A DNA stretch of 64,000 nt, from positions 18,724,001-18,788,000 of the forward strand of contig OZ024744.1 in the NCBI GenBank assembly GCA_964016885.1, given 5' to 3'. Position 1 is the first letter of the stretch, and each line of letters opens with the position of its first letter. The notes beneath the pieces were generated by a model. The model was not told the DNA's origin. It saw only the letters and a list, made by a program, of their open reading frames with translations, and made no database searches. Positions 27,684-41,600 of the stretch are shown piece after piece. Origin of the DNA: Eledone cirrhosa (lineage: Eukaryota). Made by a program: the position numbers and the translations under genes.

Positions 27684-30600
27684 GTGTATGTCACTGTATG
27701 TTTCTGTATGTCTGTGTCACTGTGTATATCACTGTGTGTTTCTGTATATCTGTGTCTCTGTGTATGTCACTGTATCTTTGTGTATGTCTGGGTCACTGTG
27801 TATGTCACTGTATATTTGTGTATGTCTGTGTCACTGTGTATGTCACTGTGTGTTTCTGTATGTCTGTGTCACTGTGTATATCAATGTGTGTTTCTGTATC
27901 TCTGTGTCACGGTGTATGTCACTGCATGTTTGTGTATGTCTGTGTGACTGTGTATGTCACTGTGTGTTTCTGTATGGCTGTGTCACTGTGTATGCCACTG
28001 TATCTTTGTGTATGTCTGTGTCACTGTGTATGTCACAGTGTGTTTCTGTATGTCTGTGTCACTGTCTATGTCACTGTATGTTTCTGAATGTCTGTGTCAC
28101 TGTGTATGTCACTGTGTGTTTCTGTATGTCTGTGTCACGGTGTATGTCACTGTATGTTTGTGTGTGACTGTGTCACTGTGTATGTCACTGTGTGTTTGTG
28201 TATGTCTGTGTCACTGTAAGTTTCTGTATGTCTGTGTCACTGTGTATGTCACTGTGTGTTTCTGGATGTCTGTGTCACTGTGTATGTCATTGTATCTTTG
28301 TGTATGTCTGTGTCACTGTGTATGTCACTGTATGTTTCTGTAAGTTTGTGTCACTGTGTATGTCACTGTATGTTTATGTATGTCTGTTTCACTGTGTATG
28401 TCACTGTGTCTTTATGTATGTCTGTGTCACTCTGTATGTCACTGTATATTTCTGTATGTCTGTGTCACTGTGTATGTCACTGTATGTTTCTGTATGTTTG
28501 TGTCACTGTGTATGTCACTGTATGCTTCTGTATGTCTGTGTCACTGTGTATGTCACTGTATCTTTGTGTATGTCTGTGTCCCTGTGTATGTCACTGTATG
28601 TTTCTGTATGTTTGTGTCACTGTGTATGTCACTGTGTGTTTCTGTATGTCTGTGTCACTGTGTATGTCACTGTGTGTTTCTGTATGTTTGTGTCACTGTG
28701 TATGTCACTAAATGTTTGTGTGTGTCTGTGTCTCTGTGTATGTCACTGTTTGTTTGCGTGTGTCTGTGTCACTGTGTATGTCACTGTGTGTTTCTGTATG
28801 TCTGTGTGACTGTCTATGTCACTGTGTGTTTCTGTATGTTTGTGTCACTGTGTATGTCACTAAATGTTTGTGTGTGTCTGTGTCTCTGTGTATGTCACTG
28901 TTTGTTTGCGTGTGTCTGTGTCACTGTGTATGTCACTGTATATTTCTGTATGTCTGTGTCACTTTGTATGTCATTGTGTGTTTCTGTATGTATGTGTCAC
29001 CGTGTATGTCACTGTATCTTTGTGTATGCCGGTGTCACTGTGTATGTCACTGTGTGTTTCTGTATGTTTGTGTCACTGTGTATGTCACTAAATGTTTGTG
29101 TGTGTCTGTGTCACTGTGTATGTCACTGTGTGTTTCTGTATGTCTGTGTGACTGTGTATGTCACTGTTTGTTTGTGTATGTCTGTGTCACTGTGTGTGTT
29201 TCTGTATGTCTGTGTCACTGTGTATGTCATTGCATCTTTGTGTATGTCTGTCTCACTGTGTATGTCACTGTGTGTTTCTGCATGTCTGTGTCACTGTGTA
29301 TGTCACTGTGTGTTTCTGTATGTCTGTGTCACTGTGTATGTCACTGTATGTTTATGTATGTCTCTTTCACTGTGTATATCACTGTGTGTTTCTGTATGTC
29401 TGTGTCACTGTATATGTCACTGTATCTTTGTGTATGCCTGTGTCACTGTCTATGTCACTGTATGTTTCTGTATGTCTGTTTCACTGTGTATGTCACTGTA
29501 TATTTGTGTATGTATGTGTCACTGTGTATGTCACTGTGAGTTTCTCTATGTCTGTGTCACTGTGTATGTCACTGTATGTCTCTGTATGTCTGTGTCACTG
29601 TCTATGTCACTGTGTGTTTCTGTATGTCTGTGTCACTGTGTATGTCACAGTTTGTTTCTGTATATATGTGTCTTTGTGTATGTCACTGTAGTTTTGTGTA
29701 TGTCTGTGTCACTGTGTGTTTCTGTATGTCTGTGTCACTGTGTATGTCACTGTATGTTTCTGTATGTCTGTGTCACTGTGTATGTCACTGTTTGTTTCTG
29801 TATGTATGTGTCACTGTGTATGTCACCGTATGTGTGTGTATGTCTGTGTCACGGTGTATGTCACTGTATCTTAGTGTATGCCTGTGTCACTGTGTATGTC
29901 ACTGTGTGTTTCTGGATGTCTGTGTCACTGTGTATGTCATTGTATCTTTGTGTATGTCTGTGTCACTGTGTATGTCACTGTATGTTTCTGTAAGTTTGTG
30001 TCACTGTGTATGTCACTGTGTGTTTCTGTATGTCTGTGTCTCAGTGTATGTCACTGTATGTTTCTGTATGTCTGTTTCACTGTGTATGTCACTGTGTCTT
30101 TATGTATGTCTGTGTCACTCTGTATGTCACTGTATATTTCTGTATGTCTGTGTCACTGTGTATATCACTGTATGTTTCTGTATGTCTGTGTCACTGTGTA
30201 TGTCACTGTGTGTTTCTGTATGGCTGTGTCACTGTGTATGTCACTGTATCTTTGTGTATGTCTGTGTCACTGTGTATGTCACAGTGTGTTTCTGTATGTC
30301 TGTGTCACTGTCTATGTCACTGTATGTTTCTGAATGTCTGTGTCACTGTGTATGTCACTGTGTGTTTGTGTATGTCTGTGTCACTGTATGTTTCTGTATG
30401 TCTGTGTCACTGTGTATGTCACTGTGTGTTTCTGTATGTCTGTGTCACTGTGTATGACATTGTATCTTTGTGTATGTCTGTGTCACTGTGTATGTCACTG
30501 TATGTTTCTGTATGTTTGTGTCACTGTGTATGTCACTGTGTGTTTCTGTATGTTTGTGTCTCTGTGTATGTCACTGTATGTTTCTGTATGTCTGTTTCAC

Positions 30601-31625
30601 TGTGTATGTCACTGTGTCTTTATGTATGTCTGTGTCACTCTGTATGTCACTGTATATTTCTGTATGTCTGTGTCACTGTGTATGTCACTGTATGTTTCTG
30701 TATGTCTGTGTCACTGTGTATGTCACTGTATGCTTCTGTATGTCTGTGTCACTGTGTATGTCACTGTATCTTTGTGTATGTCTGTGTCCCTGTGTATGTC
30801 ACTGTATGTTTCTGTATGTTTTTGTCACTGTGTATGTCACTGTGTGATTCTGTATGTCTGTGTCACTGTGTATGTCACTGTGTGTTTCTGTATGTTTGTG
30901 TTACTGTGTATGTCACTAAATGTTTGTGTGTGTCTGTGTCTCTGTGTATGTCACTGTTTGTTTGCGTGTGTCTGTGTCACTGTGTATGTCACTGTGTGTT
31001 TCTGTATGTCACTGTGTGTTTGTGCATGTCTGTGTCACTGTATGTTTCTGTATGTCTGTGTCACTGTGTATGTCACTTTGTGTTTCTGTATGTATGTGTC
31101 ACCGTGTATGTCACTGTATCTTTGTGTTTGCCTGTGTCACTGTGTATGTCACTGTGTGTTTCTGTATGTTTGTGTCACTGTGTATGTCACTAAATGTTTG
31201 TGTGTGTCTGTGTCACTGTGTATGTCACTGTGTGTTTATGTATGTCTGTGTGACTGTGTATGTGACTGTTTGTTTCTGCATGTCTGTGTCACTGTGTATG
31301 TCACTGTGTGTTTCTGCATGTCTGTGTCACTGTGTATGTCACTGTATGTTTCTGTATGTCTGTTTCACTGTGTATATCACTGTGTGTTTCTGTATGTCTG
31401 TGTCACTGTATATGTCACTGTATCTTTGTGTATGCCTCTGTCACTGTCTATGTCTCTGTATGTTTCTGTATGTCTGTGTCACTATGTATGCCACTGTATA
31501 TTTGTGTTGTCTGTGTCATTGTGTATGTCACTGGGTGTTTCTGTATGTCTGTGTCACTGTGTATGACACTGTGTCTTTCTGTATGTATGTATCACTGTGT
31601 ATGTCACTGTGTGTATCTGTATGTC
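27684..31625 (+). repeat. Higher-order duplication block A, copy 2
   Basis: Matches 1..3942 at offset 27,683, and may extend leftward relative to sequence outside the window. Confidence 0.9.
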
Positions 31626-34600
31626 TGTGTCACTGTGTAAGTCATTGTATCTTTGTGTATGTCTGTGGCACTCTGTATGTCGTTGTGTGTTTCTGTATGT
31701 ATGTGTCTCTGTGTATGTCACTGTATATTTGTGTATGTATGTGTCACTGTGTATGTCACTGTGCGTTTCTCTATGTCTGTGTCACTGTGTATGTCACTGT
31801 ATGTCTCTGTATGTCTGTGTCACTGTCTATGTCACTGTATCTTTGTGTATGTCTGTGTCACTGTGTATGTCACTGTGTGTTTATGTATTTCTGTGTCTCT
31901 GTGTATGCCACTGTATCTTTGTGTATGTCTGCGGCACTGTGTATGTCACTGTGTGTTTCTGTATGTCTGTGTCACTGTGTATGTCACAGTGTGTTTCTGT
32001 ATATATGTGTCTCTGTGTATGTCACTGTATCTTTGTGTATGTCTGTGTCACGGTGTATATCACTGTATGTTTGTGTATGTCTGTGTCACTGTGTATGTCA
32101 CTGTATGTTTCTGTATGTCTGTGTCACTGTGTATATCAATGTGTGTTTCTGTATCTCTGTGTCACGGTGTATGTCACTGCATGTTTGTGTATGTCTGTGT
32201 CACTGTGTATGTCACAGTGTGTTTCTGTATGTCTGTGTCACTGTCTATGTCACTGTATGTTTCTGAATGTCTGTGTCACTGTGTATGTCACTGTGTGTTT
32301 CTGTATGTCTGTGTCACGGTGTATGTCACTGTATGTTTGTGTGTGACTGTGTCACTGTGTATGTCACTGTGTGTTTGTGTTTGTCTGTGTCACTGTATGT
32401 TTCTATATGTCTGTGTCACTGTGTATGTCACTGTGTGTTTCTGTATGTCTGTGTCACTGTGTATGTCATTGTATCTTTGTGTATGTCTGTGTCACTGTGT
32501 ATGTCACTGTATGTTTCTGTAAGTTTGTGTCACTGTGTATGTCACTGTGTGTTTATGTATGTCTGTGTCTCTGTGTATGTCACTGTATGTTTCTGTATGT
32601 TTGTTTCACTGTGTATGTCACTCTGTCTTTATGTATGTCTGTGTCACTCTGTATGTCACTTTATATTTCTGTATGTCTGTGTCACTGTGTATGTCACTGT
32701 TTCTTTGTGTATGTCTGTGTCACTGTGTATGTCACAGTGTGTTTCTGTATGTCTGTGTCACTGTCTATGTCACTGTATGTTTCTGAATGTCTGTGTCACT
32801 GTGTATATCAATGTGTGTTTGTGTATGTCTGTGTCACTGTATGTTTCTGTATGTCTGTGTCACTGTGTATGTCACTGTGTGTTTCTGTATGTCTGTGTCA
32901 CTGTGTATGACATTGTATCTTTGTGTATGTCTGTGTCACTGTGTATGTCACTGTATGTTTCTGTATGTTTGTGTCACTGTGTATGTCACTGTGTGTTTCT
33001 GTATGTCTGTGTCTCTGTGTATGTCACTGTATGTTTCTGTATGTCTGTTTCACTGTGTATGTCACTGTGTCTTTATGTATGTCTGTGTCACTCTGTATGT
33101 CACTGTATATTTCTGTATGTCTGTGTCACTGTGTATGTCACTGTATGTTTCTGTATGTCTGTGTCACTGTGTATGTCACTGTATGCTTCTGTATGTCTGT
33201 GTCACTGTGTATGTCACTGTATCTTTGTGTATGTCTGTGTCCCTGTGTATGTCACTGTATGTTTCTGTATGTTTTTGTCACTGTGTATGTCACTGTGTGA
33301 TTCTGTATGTCTGTGTCACTGTGTATGTCACTGTGTGTTTCTGTATGTTTGTGTTACTGTGTATGTCACTAAATGTTTGTGTGTGTCTGTGTCTCTGTGT
33401 ATGTCACTGTTTGTTTGCGTGTGTCTGTGTCACTGTGTATGTCACTGTGTGTTTCTGTATGTCACTGTGTGTTTGTGCATGTCTGTGTCACTGTATGTTT
33501 CTGTATGTCTGTGTCACTGTGTATGTCACTTTGTGTTTCTGTATGTATGTGTCACCGTGTATGTCACTGTATCTTTGTGTTTGCCTGTGTCACTGTGTAT
33601 GTCACTGTGTGTTTCTGTATGTTTGTGTCACTGTGTATGTCACTAAATGTTTGTGTGTGTCTGTGTCACTGTGTATGTCACTGTGTGTTTATGTATGTCT
33701 GTGTGACTGTGTATGTGACTGTTTGTTTCTGCATGTCTGTGTCACTGTGTATGTCACTGTGTGTTTCTGCATGTCTGTGTCACTGTGTATGTCACTGTAT
33801 GTTTCTGTATGTCTGTTTCACTGTGTATATCACTGTGTGTTTCTGTATGTCTGTGTCACTGTATATGTCACTGTATCTTTGTGTATGCCTCTGTCACTGT
33901 CTATGTCTCTGTATGTTTCTGTATGTCTGTGTCACTATGTATGCCACTGTATATTTGTGTTGTCTGTGTCATTGTGTATGTCACTGGGTGTTTCTGTATG
34001 TCTGTGTCACTGTGTATGACACTGTGTCTTTCTGTATGTATGTATCACTGTGTATGTCACTGTGTGTATCTGTATGTCTGTGTCACTGTGTAAGTCATTG
34101 TATCTTTGTGTATGTCTGTGGCACTCTGTATGTCGTTGTGTGTTTCTGTATGTATGTGTCTCTGTGTATGTCACTGTATATTTGTGTATGTATGTGTCAC
34201 TGTGTATGTCACTGTGCGTTTCTCTATGTCTGTGTCACTGTGTATGTCACTGTATGTCTCTGTATGTCTGTGTCACTGTCTATGTCACTGTATCTTTGTG
34301 TATGTCTGTGTCACTGTGTATGTCACTGTGTGTTTATGTATTTCTGTGTCTCTGTGTATGCCACTGTATCTTTGTGTATGTCTGCGGCACTGTGTATGTC
34401 ACTGTGTGTTTCTGTATGTCTGTGTCACTGTGTATGTCACAGTGTGTTTCTGTATATATGTGTCTCTGTGTATGTCACTGTATCTTTGTGTATGTCTGTG
34501 TCACGGTGTATATCACTGTATGTTTGTGTATGTCTGTGTCACTGTGTATGTCACTGTATGTTTCTGTATGTCTGTGTCACTGTGTATATCAATGTGTGTT

Positions 34601-35638
34601 TCTGTATCTCTGTGTCACGGTGTATGTCACTGCATGTTTGTGTATGTCTGTGTCACTGTGTATGTCACAGTGTGTTTCTGTATGTCTGTGTCACTGTCTA
34701 TGTCACTGTATGTTTCTGAATGTCTGTGTCACTGTGTATGTCACTGTGTGTTTCTGTATGTCTGTGTCACGGTGTATGTCACTGTATGTTTGTGTGTGAC
34801 TGTGTCACTGTGTATGTCACTGTGTGTTTGTGTTTGTCTGTGTCACTGTATGTTTCTATATGTCTGTGTCACTGTGTATGTCACTGTGTGTTTCTGTATG
34901 TCTGTGTCACTGTGTATGTCATTGTATCTTTGTGTATGTCTGTGTCACTGTGTATGTCACTGTATGTTTCTGTAAGTTTGTGTCACTGTGTATGTCACTG
35001 TGTGTTTATGTATGTCTGTGTCTCTGTGTATGTCACTGTATGTTTCTGTATGTTTGTTTCACTGTGTATGTCACTCTGTCTTTATGTATGTCTGTGTCAC
35101 TCTGTATGTCACTTTATATTTCTGTATGTCTGTGTCACTGTGTATGTCACTGTTTCTTTGTGTATGTCTGTGTCACTGTGTATGTCACAGTGTGTTTCTG
35201 TATGTCTGTGTCACTGTCTATGTCACTGTATGTTTCTGAATGTCTGTGTCACTGTGTATATCAATGTGTGTTTGTGTATGTCTGTGTCACTGTATGTTTC
35301 TGTATGTCTGTGTCACTGTGTATGTCACTGTGTGTTTCTGTATGTCTGTGTCACTGTGTATGACATTGTATCTTTGTGTATGTCTGTGTCACTGTGTATG
35401 TCACTGTATGTTTCTGTATGTTTGTGTCACTGTGTATGTCACTGTGTGTTTCTGTATGTCTGTGTCTCTGTGTATGTCACTGTATGTTTCTGTATGTCTG
35501 TTTCACTGTGTATGTCACTGTGTCTTTATGTATGTCTGTGTCACTCTGTATGTCACTGTATATTTCTGTATGTCTGTGTCACTGTGTATGTCACTGTATG
35601 TTTCTGTATGTCTGTGTCACTGTGTATGTCACTGTATG
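30360..35638 (+). repeat. Near-perfect tandem higher-order repeat, period 2,453 bp (about 2.1 copies)
   Basis: ORF pairs 30920/33373, 31653/34106, 32267/34720, 32371/34824 and 32535/34988. Markers GTGATTCT at 30844/33297 and GCCTCT at 31434/33887. Ends at mismatch 33186 vs 35639. Confidence 0.92.
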
Positions 35639-38600
35639 TTTCTGTATGTCTGTGTCACTGTGTATGACACTGTATCTTTGTGTATGTCTGTGTCCCTGTG
35701 TATGTCACTGTATGTTTCTGTATGTTTGTGTCACTGTGTATGTCACTGTGTGTTTCTGTATGTCTGTGTCACTGTGTATGTCACTGTGTGTTTCTGTATG
35801 TTTGTGTCACTGTGTATGTCACTAAATGTTTGTGTGTGTCTGTGTCTCTGTGTATGTCACTGTTTGTTTGCGTGTGTCTGTGTCACTGTGTATGTCACTG
35901 TGTGTTTCTGTATGTCTGTGTGACTGTGTATGTCACTGTGTGTTTGTGTATGTCTGTGTCACTGTATGTTTCTGTATGTCTGTGTCACTGTGTATGTCAC
36001 TGTGTGTTTCTGTATGTTTGTGTCACTGTGTATGTCACTAAATGTTTGTGTGTGTCTGTGTCTCTGTGTATGTCACTGTTTGTTTGCGTGTGTCTGTGTC
36101 ACTGTGTATGTCACTGTGTGTTTCTGTATGTCTGTGTGACTGTGTATGTCACTGTTTGTTTGTGTATGTCTGTGTCACTGTGTGTGTTTCTGTATGTCTG
36201 TGTCACTGTGTATGTCATTGCATCTTTATGTATTTCTGTCTCACTCTGTATGTCACTGTGTGTTTCTGCATGTCTGTGTCACTGTGTATGTCACTGTGTG
36301 TTTCTGTATGTCTGTGTCACTGTGTATGTCACTGTATGTTTCTGTATGTCTGTTTCACTATGTATATCACTGTGTGTTTCTGTATGTCTGTGTCACTGTA
36401 TATGTCACTGTATCTTTGTGTATGCCTGTGTCACTGTCTATGTCACTGTATGTTTCTGTATGTCTGTTTCACTGTGTATGTCACTGTATATTTGTGTATG
36501 TCTGTGTCAATGTGTATGTCGCAGTGTGTTTCTGTATATATGTGTCTCTGTGTATGTCAATGTATCTTTGTGTATGTCTGTGTCACTGTGTGTTACTGTA
36601 TGTCTGTGTCACTGTGTATGTCACTGTATGTTTGTGTTTGTCTGTGTCACTGTGTATGTCACTGTGTGTTTGTGAATGTCTGTGTCACAGTATGTTTCTG
36701 TATGTCTGTGTCACTGTGTATGTCACTGTTTGTTTCTGTATGTATGTGTCACTGTGTATGTCAGCGTATGTGTGTGTATGTCTGTGTCACGGTGTATGTC
36801 ACTGTATATTTGTGTATGCCTGTGTCACTGTGTATGTCACTGTGTGTTTTTGTATGTCTGTGTCACTGTGTATGTCACTGTATGTTTGTGTGTGTCTGTG
36901 TCACTGTGTATGTCAATGTCTCTGTGTGTTTCTGTATGTCTGTGTCTCTGTGTATGTCACTGTATCTTTGTGTATGTATGTGTCACTGTGTATGTCACTG
37001 TGTGTTTCTGTATGTCTGTGTCACTGTGTATATCACTGTGTGTTTCTGTATATCTGTGTCTCTGTGTATGTCACTGTATCTTTGTGTATGGCTGGGTCAC
37101 TGTGTATGTCACTGTATATTTGTGTATGTCTGTGTCACGGTGTATATCACTGTATGTTTGTGTATGTCTGTGTCACTGTGTATGTCACTGTATGTTTCTG
37201 TATGTCTGTGTCACTGTGTATATCAGTGTGTGTTTCTGTTTCTCTGTGTCACGGTGTATGTCACTGCATGTTTGTGTATGTCTGTGTGACTGTGTATGTC
37301 ACTGTGTGTTTCTGTATGGCTGTGTCACTGTGTATGTCACTGTATCTTTGTGTATGTCTGTGTCACTGTGTATGTCACAGTGTGTTTCTGTATGTCTGTG
37401 TCACTGTCTATGTCACTGTATGTTTCTGAATGTCTGTGTCACTGTGTATGTCACTGTGTTTCTGTATGTCTGTGTCACGATGTATGTCACTGTATGTTTG
37501 TGTGTGACTGTGTCCATGTGTATGTCACTGTATGTTTGTGTATGTCTGTGTCACTGTATGTTTCTGTATGTCTGTGTCACTGTGTATGTCACTGTGTGTT
37601 TCTGTATGTCTGTGTCACTGTGTATGTCATTGTATATTTGTGTATGTCTGTGTCACTGTGTATGTCACTGTATGTTTCTGTAAGTTTGTGTCACTGTGTA
37701 TGTCACTGTGTGTTTCTGTATGTCTGTGTCTCTGTGTATGTCACTGTGTCTTTATGTATGTCGGTGTCACTCTGTATGTCACTGTATATTTCTGTATGTC
37801 TGTGTCACTGTGTATGTCACTGTATGTTTCTGTATGTTTGTGTCACTGTGTATGTCACTGTATGTTTCTGTATGTCTGTTTCACTGTGTATGTCACTGTG
37901 TCTTTATGTATGTCTGTGTCACTCTGTATGTCACTGTACATTTCTGTATGTCTGTGTCACTGTGTATGTCACTGTATGTTTCTGTATGTCTGTGTCCATG
38001 TGTATGTCACTGTATGTTTCTGTATGTCTGTGTCACTGTGTATGTCACTGTATGTTTCTGTATGTCTGTTTCACTGTGTATGTCACTGTGTGTTTCTGTA
38101 TGTCTGTGTCACTCTGTATGTCACTGTATATTTCTGTATGTCTGTGTCACTGTGTATGTCACTGTATGTTTCTGTATGTCTGTGTCACTGTGTATGTCAC
38201 TGTGTGTTTCTGTATGTCTGTGTCACTGTATATGTCACTGTATCTTTGTGTATGCCTGTGTCACTGTTTATGTGACTGTATGTTTCTGTATGTCTGTTTC
38301 AGTGTGTATGTCACTGTATATTTGTGTAGGTCTGTGTCACTCTGTATGTCACTGTGTGTTTCTGTATGTCTGTGTCACTATGTATGCCACTGTATGTTTG
38401 TGTTATCTGTGTCATTGTATATGTCACTGGGTGTTTCTGTATGTCTGTGTCACTGTGTATGACACTGTGTGTTTCTGTATGTATGTATCACTGTGTATGT
38501 CACTGTGTGTTTCTGTATGTCTGTGTCACTATGTAAGTCATTGTATCTTTGTGTATGTCTGTGGCACTCTGTATATTGTTGTGTGTTTCTGTATGTATGT

Positions 38601-41600
38601 GTCTCTGTGTATGTCACTGTATCTTTGTGTATGTATGTGTCACTGTGTATGTTACTGTGAGTTTATGTATGTCTGTGTCACTGTGTATGTCACTGTATGT
38701 CTATGTATGTCTGTGTCACTGTCTATGTCACTGTATCTTTGTGTATGTCTGTATCACTGTGTATGTCACTGTGTGTTTATGTATGTCTGTGTCTCTGTGT
38801 ATGTCACTGTATCTTTGCGTATGTCTGCGTCACTGTGTATGTCACTGTGTGTTTCTGTATGTCTGTGTCACTGTGTATGTCACAGTGTGTTTCTGTATAT
38901 CTGTGTCTCTGTGTATGTCACTGTATCTTTGTGTATGTCTGTGTCACTGTGTATGTCACTGTATGTTTCTGTATGTATGTTTCACTGTGTATGTCACTAA
39001 ATGTTTGTGTGTGTCTGTGTCTCTGTGTATGTCACCGTGTGTTTGCGTGTGTCTGTGTCACTGTGTATGTCACTGTTTGTTTCTGTATGTCTGTGTGACT
39101 GTGTATGTCACTGTTTGTTTGTGTATGTCTGTGTCACTGTGTGTGTTTCTGTATGTCTGTGTCACTGTGTATGTCATTGCATCTTTGTGTATGTCATTGC
39201 ATCTTTGTGTTTGTCTGTGTCACTCTGTATGTCACTGTGTCTTTCTGCATGTCTGTGTCACTGTGTATGTCACTGTGTGTTCCTGTATGTCTGTGTCACT
39301 GTGTATGTCACTGTATGTTTCTGTATGTCTGTTTCACTGTGTATATCACTGTGTGTTTCTGTATGTCTGTGTCACTGTCTATGTCACTGTATCTTTGTGT
39401 ATGCCTGTGTCACTGTCTATGTGACTGTATGTTTCTGTATGTCTGTTTCACTGTGTATCTCACTGTATATTTGTGTATGTCTGTGTCACTCTGTATGTCA
39501 CTGTGTGTTTCTGTATGTCTGTATCACTATGCATGCCACTGTATGTTTGTGTTGTCTGTGTCATTGTGTATGTCACTGGGTGTTTCTGTATGTCTGTGTC
39601 ACTGTGTATGACACTGTGTCTTTCTGTATGTATGTATCACTGTGTATGTCACTGCGTGTATCTGTATGTCTGTGTCACTGTGTAAGTCATTGTATCTTTG
39701 TGTATGTCTGTGGCACTCTGTATGTCGTTGTGTGTTTCTGTATTTATGTGTCTCTGTGTATGTCACTGTATATTTGTGTATGTATGTGTCACGGTGTATG
39801 TCACTGTGAGTTTCTCTATGTCTGTGTCACTGTGTATGTCACTGTGTGTTTATGTATTTCTGTGTCTCTGTGTATGCCACTGTATCTTTGTGTATGTCTG
39901 CGTCACTGTGTATGTCACTGTGTGCTTCTGTATGTCTATGTCACTGTGTATGTCACAGTGTGTTTCTGTATATATGTGTCTCTGTGTATGTCACTGTATC
40001 TTTGTGTATGTCTGTGTCACTGTGTGTTTCTGTATGTCTGTGTCACTGTGTATGTCACTGTATGTTTGTGTGTGTCTGTGTCACTGTGTATGTCACTGTG
40101 TGTTTGTGTATGTCTGTGTCACTGTATGTTTCTGTATGTCTGTGTCACTGTGTATGTCACTGTTTGTTTCTGTATGTATGTGTCACTGTGTATGTCACCG
40201 TATGTGTGTGTATGTCTGTGTCACGGTGTATGTCACTGTATCTTTGTGTATGCATGTGTCACTGTGTATATCACTGTGTGTTTCTGTATGTCTGTGTCAC
40301 TGTGTATGTCACTGTATGTTTGTGTGTGTCTGTGTCACTGTGTATGTCAATGTCTCTGTGTGTTTCTGTATGTCTGTGTCTCTGTGTATGTCACTGTATC
40401 TTTGTGTATGTATGTGTCACTGTGTATGTCACTGTGTGTTTCTGTATGTCGGTGTCACTGTGTATATCACTGTGTGTTTCTGTATATCTGTGTATCTGTG
40501 TATGTCACTGTTTGTTTGCGTGTGTCTGTGTCACTGTGTATGTCACTGTGTGTTTCTGTATGTCTGTGTGACTGTGTATGTCACTGTGTGTTTGTGTATG
40601 TCTGTGTCACTGTATGTTTCTGTATGTCTGTGTCACTGTGTATGTCACTGTGTGTTTCTGTATGTATGTGTCACTGTGTATGTCACTAAATGTTTGTGTG
40701 TGTCTGTGTCTCTGTGTATGTCACTGTGTGTTTGCGTGTGTCTGTGTCACTGTGTATGTCACTGTGTGTTTCTGTATGTCTGTGTGACTGTGTATGTCAC
40801 TGTTTGTTTGTGTATGTCTGTGTCACTGTGTGTGTTTCTGTATGTCTGTGTCACTGTGTATGTCATTGCATCTTTGTGTATGTCTGTGTCACTCTGTATG
40901 TCACTGTGTCTTTCTGCATGTCTGTGTCACTGTGTATGTCACTGTGTGTTCCTGTATGTCTGTGTCACTGTGTATGTCACTGTATGTTTCTGTATGTCTG
41001 TGTCACTGTGTATGTCACTGTGTGTTTCTGTATGTCTGTGTCACTGTATATGTCACTGTATCTTTGTGTATGCCTATGTCACTGTCTATGTGACTGTATG
41101 TTTCTGTATGTCTGTTTCACTGTGTATGTCACTGTATATTTGTGTATGTCTGTGTCACTCTGTATGTCACTGTGTGTTTCTGTATGTCTGTGTCACTATG
41201 CATGCCACTGTATGTTTGTGTTGTCTGTGTCATTGTGTATGTCACTGGGTGTTTCTGTATGTCTGTGTCACTGTGTATGACATTGTGTCTTTTTGTATGT
41301 ATGTATCACTGTGTATGTCACTGCGTGTATCTGTATGTCTGTGTCACTGTGTAAGTCATTGTATCTTTGTGTATGTCTGTGGCACTCTGTATGTCGTTGT
41401 GTTTTTCTGTATTTATGTGTCTCTGTGTATGTCACTGTATATTTGTGTATGTCTGCGGCACTGTGTATGTCACTGTGTGCTTCTGTATGTCTATGTCACT
41501 GTGTATGTCACAGTGTGTTTCTGTATATATGTGTCTCTGTGTATGTCACTGTATCTTTGTGTATGTCTGTGTCACTGTGTATGTCACTGTATGTTTGTGT

